Part shown: piece by piece, positions 23,387 through 32,000 of the stretch
Layout of the letters: the number at the start of each line of letters is the position of its first letter
Numbering within the stretch: the first letter of the stretch is position 1
Assembly (NCBI RefSeq): GCF_000400465.1
Contig: NW_008806279.1
Location: forward strand, 476,107-508,106
Direction: 5' to 3'
DNA: 32,000 bases
Source of the DNA: Wallemia ichthyophaga EXF-994
Taxonomy: Eukaryota > Fungi > Basidiomycota
Notes under the pieces: model-generated
The model's database searches: none
Told to the model about the DNA's origin: nothing
What the model saw: only the letters and a program-made list of their open reading frames with translations
Made by a program: the position numbers and the translations under genes

Positions 23387-23531
23387 TAGATGATGGACGT
23401 TTGAGAACAAGGAGATTATTGGTAAAGAATACATGATTTTAGATGAAAATAAAAACAAATTACAAAATTGCGTTATATTCTGTGTTAATTGGGTTTGGCT
23501 GTGTAAGTGGAATGTCTCATCCGTATAAACC

Positions 23532-23568
23532 TGTGTCTTGCTATTAAGTGAGTGTGTCTTGCTATTAA
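23532..23568. repeat. Direct repeat of 16-mer TGTGTCTTGCTATTAA (two copies, 21-nt period)
   Basis: Exact copies at 23532-23547 and 23553-23568, upstream of the PFK-2 gene. Confidence 0.9.
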
Positions 23569-23651
23569 AGAGAGTGTGAGCCTGATTAGGCGTGTTAAAT
23601 GATTCCAATTGATATTCCTATGTAAATATTCTGACGTCATCAACGACATCA

Positions 23652-24193
23652 TCACCTCATTGAAGAAGCCCTTGAGATTGTTGGTCGTGGGGTAGCCTGA
23701 GTGTGCTGCCTTTGTTCAAATTCAAATGAAGGCGTTGGTGATCTGCTATAGAGGATATAGCTCTGATACGCGTATGAGTGAGTTACACTTGGTAATAAAA
23801 ACAAACCCACATTAGACATGTGTCCATCACTTGTATTGAGGTATTCCCCAAGATTTGGTGTCACTGTGATTGTAAGAGTCATTTGTACTACCACCAATAC
23901 CCACACTCACCCGTCCACCACGCGATCTCAAGTAAAGCGCGTCTACCATTGCTAGTTTTAGCCTTCTTGTTGGCATTCCCGGCACTTCCCGCGTTCCCTC
24001 CGCTAACGCCAATCCCCGTGCCTATTCCACTTCCACTAGCTTGGTTCTGTCCACGCGCGACTTCCCCGTCATTCTCATCGTTCCCAATCCTGTCAGTCGA
24101 TCCAGTGGCTTTCAGGCGTCTCCGTGTGTTCAACGACGTCTTCGATCTTCTCTTGAGATTCGCCTCTGATGCTCGCTTCGTCACTACTGGCAT
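23652..24193 (-). CDS. Hypothetical protein, 148 aa, three exons
   Basis: Exons 24193-23911, 23863-23811, 23762-23652. Introns of 47 nt (GTGAGT..ACAG) and 48 nt (GTGGGT..TCAG) join two ORF-track frames with exact phase. Confidence 0.7.
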
Positions 24194-24263
24194 CCTCGTC
24201 GTCGTCGTACTGGATCAAGAGTAAGAACGAATAATTGTCGATAAAGATGTAAAAATCATTTTA

Positions 24264-24368
24264 ACGCGTTTATTTAAGGCCTTATATGTGTAAACTACAA
24301 ATACACCACTAGTTCCATCGAAAACGCTCACAATCATCCACCCTTCCACGCGTTACTATATCACGCGT
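24264..24368. promoter_or_regulatory. Cluster of three MCB-like elements (ACGCGT)
   Basis: ACGCGT at 24264, 24348 and 24363, i.e. 70-175 nt upstream of the orphan ATG. Function inferred from yeast MBF sites. Confidence 0.45.
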
Positions 24369-24866
24369 TCAACTGGAATGCTCTGACGCAATTAATTCAA
24401 ATAGGCTGTTTTAGCCTGATAAGCTCGTTGGAATGCCCGATTCCCTTTCATTCATTTCACGTCTTCATAGTTAAGTACTTGGCGATTGTGATTACAGCAT
24501 TTAAGTGGAGTATTCGGGTTGAGGAGGGGTTTTAACACTACTTCTAAATGTATCTCAAGAATATAACTTACTTCCACAACCACAGCCCTTTCTTCCCACT
24601 TGACATCAATATTGTTCAGCTTCAATGAGTATAACTAGCAACTCAACTAAGATAGAGATATGAGAGTGTGGCAAACATTTTACATAAACGTAACACCACT
24701 ATGTGTCTACTAATCCCATTATCAACCCACAAACTTCACCTACAACCGTTGCACATTCAGGAGGAAGATTTTCACCAATCTCAGACACACCAGACTTACG
24801 AATATACCGAGATACTTGATAAACTAACATCGTACAAAATTCTAAGCGGAAACTAAATCAACCAAT

Positions 24867-26267
24867 TTACTTCCTTTCACTGAGGTAGTCAACACCTGGG
24901 AGGACATCACCTTGGAGCAATTCAAGAGATGAGCCACCACCAGTTGATACGTGAGCCAGAGCATCTTCCTTTCCAGCCTTAGCGACAACAGTAGCAGTGT
25001 CACCACCACCGATAATGACGTTCGAACCGTTCTTTTGAGCTTCGATTGATGCTTCGAGGAGAGCATTTGAACCCTTGGCGTAATTAGGGAACTCGAAAAC
25101 ACCTGCTGGTCCATTCCAGAGGATAGTCTTGGATTTTTTGATCTCTTCACCGAATGCAGCTGCTGAGTCTGGACCAATATCAAGACCTTCCCATTTGTCT
25201 GGGATACCTTCAGACTCCTTGACGACCTTGTTAGCACCGTCATTTGAGAACTCCTGGGTAATGACGTAGTCGGATGGAATCAATATCTTGACATTGTTCT
25301 TGGCAGCCTTCGCCATGATATCGCCGACCTTCTCAAAACCTGCCTTGTCAAAGAGTGAGTCACCAATAGCCATACCCTCAGCCTTCTTGAAAGTGTAGGC
25401 CATACCACCGCAGATGATGAGAGAGTCGACCTTGGTGAGCATGTTTTCGATGAGTTGGATCTTATCAGAAACCTTGGCACCACCGAGGATGGCAAGGAAA
25501 GGTCTCTCAGGAGCCTCGATAACCTTTGCAAAGTACTCAAGTTCCTTCTTTACGAGGAAACCGGCAGCTCTAGTGTCAAGCTTGATACCAGAGACAGAAG
25601 AGTGTGCTCTGTGAGCGGTACCGAAAGCGTCGTTGACGTAAACATCGCCGAGCTTAGTGAGTTGTTGGCGGAAGGCGTCAACGGCAGCTTGGTCAGCCTT
25701 GATCTTGTTACCGTCAGCGTCCTTTCTCGAGCCTTCTTCTTCGATGTGGAAACGAAGGTTTTCGAGGAGAACGATGGAGCCCTTTGGAGCTGAGTTGACA
25801 GTCTTCTCAACCTCCTCACCAACGCAATCTTTAGTGAAGATAATCTTCTGGTTGAGCTGCTTCTCCAATTCGTCAGCAACAATCTTGAGCGAGTACTTGT
25901 CGTTTGGCTGGCCATCTGGTCTACCCATGTGTGACATGAGGACGACAGCCTTGGCGCCGTGTTCTTGGGCGTATTTGATGGTTGGGAGGGCACCAACGAT
26001 TCTCTGCGGTGTGTGAGTGCTGTGGAGCGTATCACCCAAACTTTAAAACTCACCGCTGGGTTTGAAATTTGGCCAGTCTTCTTGTCGAGAGGAACGTTGA
26101 AATCCTAGTGGGCGTCAGAGGCGTGTCGATGGCTCTGCTCAAGACCCACGCAGCGGATGAGGACACGCTTCTCAGCGACGTCGATGTCTGTGATATTCAA
26201 TTTGCTAGCGAGAGATGTCCTAGGCGGTGTAAGCGTCGGCTGCAGCCAGTTTTACATTTACAAACAT
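24867..26267 (-). CDS. PGK1: Phosphoglycerate kinase
   Basis: Exons 26267-26266, 26219-26150, 26104-26054, 26003-24867; 419 aa. KRVLIRCDFNVP, SHMGRP, LLENLRF, NDAFGTAHR, GGAKVSDKI, IGGGDT, STGGGSSLELL. Confidence 0.98.
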
Positions 26268-26573
26268 TTTGATGTTGGTGGTCGTGATGAGAGATATGAT
26301 CCAGACGGACGAATCCGTTTTCGTGGATTTGAATGGCTTGTTTCCGCCGATGTTGAGTATTTGGCTGTCATTTGTGGCTTATTTACACGCCCGCTCAGTT
26401 CCCTGCCTAAGGCTTCTCCTCCGCCGCGATTAGTCGTCTGTCCGGCGACAAGGACAGCAGCCGAATAAGGCACCCGAGAAAGGCACAATTCATGTGCCAG
26501 TATAGCCGCGGCTGTCCTCGGGCTAAACCTGGGTAAATTTGAAAGAGTCTCAATATGTCTTTGCATTGTTTTG

Positions 26574-27553
26574 TTACAGATTAGGCGTGGCAGGGGTATT
26601 TGAAGAGTCATTCACATCATTCTTCTGGCTATCTTCATTCTCGCCGTTCTCTCTGTCGTCATCCTTACTCTCGCCCACCTCCCGCTGCTGCTGGCAGAAC
26701 GAGCATACGAAATCTCCATTGGGTGCGTCTTCGAGACCTATGCACGCAAGATGGAACCACTGGTAGGGGCATTGTTCTGGGTGTGTTGAGTAAGCAACGC
26801 TGAGCTATAAAGTGCTATAAAGCGCTATTAACGCGCCATTTACCCACCATTATCGCATCCCACCATATCGCCAAAACTGACTTGATGGCAGAAGCAGTAA
26901 CGCTCATCGTCTTCCTTCTTCTCCTTCTCCGCTCTCTCTTGCTCCTCTCTGACGGCGCGAGAACGGAGTCTGGAATCGCGTTCCTTTTTCAGCTGCTCGT
27001 TGTGCGATGGCTGTGTGCCCGGCCTGACGCCAATCTGGAGCTCTGTCTGCTGGTTCTCGATGCCAGTCTCGATGAGCTTGATATTGCGTGCAATGATATC
27101 ACGCAGGCTGGTCGCTATCGATACTCTCTCCTCGGATAGCCGCTGGGCGTCTGTGCCGTAGTTGCCGAGTTGGTAAAGAAGTTTGCTCGTGTGCGTGGGT
27201 GGTGTGTTGTCGAGTCTCCCCCGTATATAGCCCAACGTATCCTTCTCCAAGTTTGCCAAGTTCTCGCGCTGTACCCGAGTAACTTGGTTTAGAAGACCGC
27301 CGCTTCGATAAACCTCAGCGGGGAGTTGTTCCGTAGCTTCTGTGGGTGAGCCCGCAGCACTCTCACGCTCACACCTACTCACTGGCCACATTCGAGCTGT
27401 ACACTTCCTGCCAAAGATCGTTGATATGCTCAAAATCATCGTGGCTTCATTGGACGCGTCAATCGCGTGCGTGGATATAAAGCACACATACATTTCATCG
27501 GGAAGGTCGGCGCCTTCTTCTACGCCTTTCTCCACGCGTTTCGTCATGGTCAT
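26574..27553 (-). CDS. ING-family chromatin reader (ING N-terminal domain + PHD finger; Yng/Pho23-like)
   Basis: Exons 27553-27492, 27444-27383, 27339-26848, 26776-26574; 272 aa. Spliced PHD is [38 protein letters not shown]. Confidence 0.9.
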
Positions 27554-27584
27554 CACAATGATAGCAGCACAAGAATGTAAAATA

Positions 27585-28514
27585 TTAATTTCTGGACAAA
27601 TTTCTACGCTGAGTGGTTTGTGAGGTGTCTATAAATTCCCACTTGTCCTTCACAGTAACCCCTTTACCCTCGTCGGCTTCTTTTTTAGGTTTCTCGGCCG
27701 CAACTTTGTGTTTCTCTTCGAGGGTGGACTCGTATTGCTCGGCACTCTTCTTTGCCTCTTCAGCCTGGTTGCTGTCAAGTGCGAGGAATATATTCTGCTC
27801 CGCGAGCGACGTCTTGTGACTAGAGCGTGGGTTTGAAGGGAGCACGCCTGCAGCTGGTTCTGGATGTACCTGAGCTGGTTCTGGGTCGACCTGCTGCGTC
27901 TTGCTAACCAGATCCATCACCGCGACGTCGTCCTTGAGCTTGGTGTTGAGTGACGCCACCCCGAGGTGCTTTTCCATTCCCTTGAGGTGCTCGAGCTGGA
28001 GTGTGCGCCCTTCATCCACCCAGCGTTTCTCAACCGCCTTGAGCCTGAGCAGCGCGTGTATCCTGTCAACGCTGACCTTGAAATCCAGGCTGAGTTTTGT
28101 GGGTGTGTACTTGTGCGGGTCTGATTCGTTGAGCGAGTGTATTCTCGTTTTGAGTGCGTCGCTCAGAGGCGGCGGAGGTTTAAAAGTGGGGTTAAGAGGG
28201 AATGGAGTATTGCCTATCCAATTTGGCCCTGTCCTGCCATGCCTATAACTCAATCCATCACCTTTTTCAAGCCAATTCGTCACTGAGGGATCCATTCGCT
28301 GTATTCTTGGACCACCTTGGGCTGATGGTGGCTTCTCGCCCAATGGAAGCCTCTTTGGCGCCTCCACCGCTGTACCCGCTTGTCCTGGCCGTGAGCGACC
28401 CTTTCCTGGGGCTGGCGGTGCGCCGAGAGTTGATAGATCTGGTGGCAGTTGGCGTGGTGGACCTGATACCAGCAATTTCGTTGTTGAGTGGATGCACCGA
28501 ATTTGACTTGTCAT
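27585..28514 (-). CDS. MRPS35: Mitochondrial ribosomal protein mS45 (MRP-S35 family)
   Basis: Single 309-aa ORF with presequence-like N-terminus. PNWIGNTPFPLNPTFKPPPPLSD..VDRIHALLRLKAVEKRW..GMEKHLGV. Confidence 0.82.
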   Translation of the reverse strand: MTSQIRCIHSTTKLLVSGPPRQLPPDLSTLGAPPAPGKGRSRPGQAGTAVEAPKRLPLGEKPPSAQGGPRIQRMDPSVTNWLEKGDGLSYRHGRTGPNWIGNTPFPLNPTFKPPPPLSDALKTRIHSLNESDPHKYTPTKLSLDFKVSVDRIHALLRLKAVEKRWVDEGRTLQLEHLKGMEKHLGVASLNTKLKDDVAVMDLVSKTQQVDPEPAQVHPEPAAGVLPSNPRSSHKTSLAEQNIFLALDSNQAEEAKKSAEQYESTLEEKHKVAAEKPKKEADEGKGVTVKDKWEFIDTSQTTQRRNLSRN

Positions 28515-28538
28515 CGTTGTAGCTCAAGACGACGGCGA

Positions 28539-28587
28539 TTCGATAATTTCGATAATTTCGATAATTTGAAGGGAATTTGAAGGAAAT
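28539..28587. repeat. Tandem repeats (TTCGATAAT) x3 followed by (TTGAAGG[G/A]AAT) x2
   Basis: Read directly in the 99-nt gap between the divergent mS45 and PIF1 start codons. Confidence 0.9.
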
Positions 28588-28613
28588 CTGGATAAATTAT
28601 CTTTAATATATCA

Positions 28614-30387
28614 ATGGCAGCATCTCCAGCTTCTTCTGCAGCACCAACTGCACCTGCAGCCCCACGGTCTTCTTCGAAGCGCAAAAGCAGCGTTTTAGAG
28701 TGGGTGAAAGAGCGAAAGAGTGAAATCGTTGCACAGCTCACACGCGATCCCCAGCCAGCCCTCTTATGACCTCAAAAGCGCGTCTTACTTTCCCCCTCTC
28801 TCTCCCGCCCAGCAAGCCAGTCTAAATGCAATCCTCCAAGGCAAATCAGTCTTCCTCACTGGCGCTGCCGGTAGTGGTAAGAGTTATCTGCTCACATGCG
28901 CCATCGACGCCTTACGCGCCCTTCATGGCCGAGGGAAAGTAGCCGTAACGGCAACGACTGGTGTGGCAGCTACCCAATTATCGGGCACTACAACACACAG
29001 CTGGTCCGGCATCACCAACTCGAGTCTTTCAGTCGCCGGTCTCGTCGTCAGCATCAAGATGGACAAGGCGAAACTGGCCAAGTGGACGGCTACGCGCGTG
29101 CTCGTAGTGGACGAGGTGAGCATGCTCGATGGACTATTCCTCGACAAGCTCAACCAAGTTGCCAAGCGGGTGCGCAGACGTGACGAGCCATTTGGCGGTA
29201 TACAGTTGGTGTTGTGTGGCGACTTCTACCAGCTGCCGCCAGTGGCTGCTGGGAACAGCCGGCGTATTTTCGCTTTCGAGGGCAAGGCGTGGCATGAGTG
29301 CGGTCTTATCACCCTCTCTCTCCCATCCTCCTTCAGACAGGCGGGCGACGAGGCGTTTCAGAATATTCTCATCGAGGCTCGTACTGGCAAGCTGAGCGAT
29401 GCGAGTGTACTGGCGCTGTATGCCGTTCAGAGAAAACCTCCTGCTAGAAAACCCCTTCAGCCGCTGCAGGTGTGAGTCGCGATGTGTTTGCAGTGCTCTC
29501 CTCACTCTTCACACTCCACAGGTTCGCTAGGAGGGCGCACGTCGACGCCGCTAACCGCAGACAGCTCAATAATCTCAACAAACCAATACATTACTTCAGC
29601 GCAAAAGACAAGCTAGTGAAACAGGGTGCAGTCAGGAATGTAAAAATGGCACTCAACGCGGCTATGCCTATTCCAGAACAAGTCGAATTGGCAGCAGGTG
29701 CGCAAGTCATGCTCGTCAAGAACCTAGACACAGGTAGGGGATTAGTAAATGGCGCAGTCGGGGTGGCTGTGTCGGTGGGTACATACACCAAGCTCAGCGA
29801 GGAGAAAGAAGACAATGAGAATGAGAATGGAGATGGAGATGGAAATGAATGGATGATAATCCCTTCACTCACGTCCTCCAGAGGGCGCAAAGTGGTGTAC
29901 AAACCGATGAGCGATTCCACACAAACCAAACAAGGCAAACAAGGTAAAGTAGGCGTGCTGGTGCAATTCAATAACGGATTGCGCGGGCTAGTCGAGTCCG
30001 TGAAGCAGGAGATGGAGGATGACGTCGGCGATACACTCGCTACTCGCTTTCAAATCCCACTCGTATTGGCTTGGGCGACGACCATACACAAATCGCAGGG
30101 GTAAGCGTTTTGTAGTACGATTGAAATACCTTTCCAACTTGCTAAAACCCCGCCAGCCAAACTCTCCCTTCTATAACGGTGCATTTTCAAGACATATTCG
30201 AACACGGCATGGCTTATGTTGCTCTGTCACGCGTTAAATGTCTTGATGATTTGAATATCAAGGGGTTTGAAAAAAGGTAGGAAATGTAGCTATTCGGCGT
30301 ATCCCACTAATCACACTTCAAAGCCGGTTCATTGTAGATAAAAAGGTTGAAAATTTTGACAATTCATTAATGCAGATGAATATATGA
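28614..30387 (+). CDS. PIF1: Pif1-family 5'-3' DNA helicase
   Basis: join(28614-28699,28755-29471,29522-30100,30157-30276,30324-30387), 521 aa. TGAAGSGKS, DEVSML, GDFYQLPPV, RQAGDEAF..R.G, QIPLVLAWATTIHKSQGQTL, AYVALSRV. Which Pif1 paralog is uncertain. Confidence 0.9.
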
Positions 30388-30427
30388 ATAAATAGTACAT
30401 AAATAGATACAAGTAATAAGTAATAAC

Positions 30428-31621
<1,194 letters not shown>

Positions 31622-32000
31622 ACTTGTTTCTCATGCCTAAATCTTTGCAAGGACGTCTAATGTCTTACGCCATTTCAAAGTGTATCCAAGAGCAATCGCA
31701 ATAATGGTCTTAACATTATTTGATGCCTTAAAATTACAATCATGCTATATAGAAGTCTATAAATCTCAACCGCATTTCCATCCACATTTTCTGATTTTTC
31801 GAAATGCACCTGTGAAGCCAAAGTCCTGATTTCAGAGTTGGATTGGCTTGAATTATTGGGATATTTGAGTGCTTGCGGTCTCTATCGCCTTGTGCTAGTA
31901 GCTCGTATCGGATGGACGCGTTAGATTCTCCGTGTATGCTCTATTGGTGCTAAAGAGTGACGTCGAATCGCCACTTCAGAAACTCTTTCAGGGCGAGATA

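Noticed and set aside
24080-24215. Acidic alternative frame (QYDDDEDASSDEAS..HWID*) overlapping orphan exon 1
   Set aside because: No upstream ATG or suitable donor, and it stops before the downstream exons, whereas the MPVV frame fits both introns.
26258-26611. 117-aa minus ORF and overlapping plus ORFs between ING and PGK1, plus a GTGATGA C-box-like motif near 26284
   Set aside because: Overlaps the ING terminal exon and the PGK1 start, has no recognisable family, and no CTGA D-box follows. Best explained as PGK1 promoter and ING 3' UTR.
28614-30387. Pif1 helicase as a Helitron
   Set aside because: No Rep/HUH domain or Helitron termini; four host-type introns; embedded among housekeeping genes.
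31622-32000. Open frames of 40-65 codons on both strands at the right edge
   Set aside because: Possibly terminal exons of a gene beyond the window, but no family or splice model could be supported.

Overview
Eukaryotic, gene-dense fungal DNA. A compact-genome basidiomycete, Wallemia-like, is inferred from 41-71 nt introns, tiny intergenic gaps and a 2-residue insertion in the H3 tail. Hand-splicing gives 21 well-supported protein genes and 36 introns: NUP188 (runs off the left edge), CCT2, RQC1/TCF25, ARV1, prefoldin 1, a RidA-family deaminase, beta-COP, AP-3 delta, a short tricalbin, La, biotin-protein ligase, RIB7, MIA40, PFK-2/FBPase-2, a 3-exon orphan, PGK1, an ING PHD protein, mitoribosomal mS45, a Pif1 helicase and a divergent H3/H4 pair. 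One weaker small spliced ORF is also modelled. No rRNA, tRNA, CRISPR array or mobile element is recognisable. Most notable: (1) a 5-nt insertion frameshifts the invariant H4 C-terminus into a hydrophobic 23-aa tail; (2) the PGK1 and RidA start codons exist only after splicing (AT|G, A|TG); (3) three head-to-head pairs have only 20-37 nt between ATGs; (4) an orphan with three MCB-like ACGCGT sites sits between two glycolysis-related genes; (5) GTGGGT is the commonest splice donor. All family calls come from remembered motifs, not database searches, and no transcript data were available.
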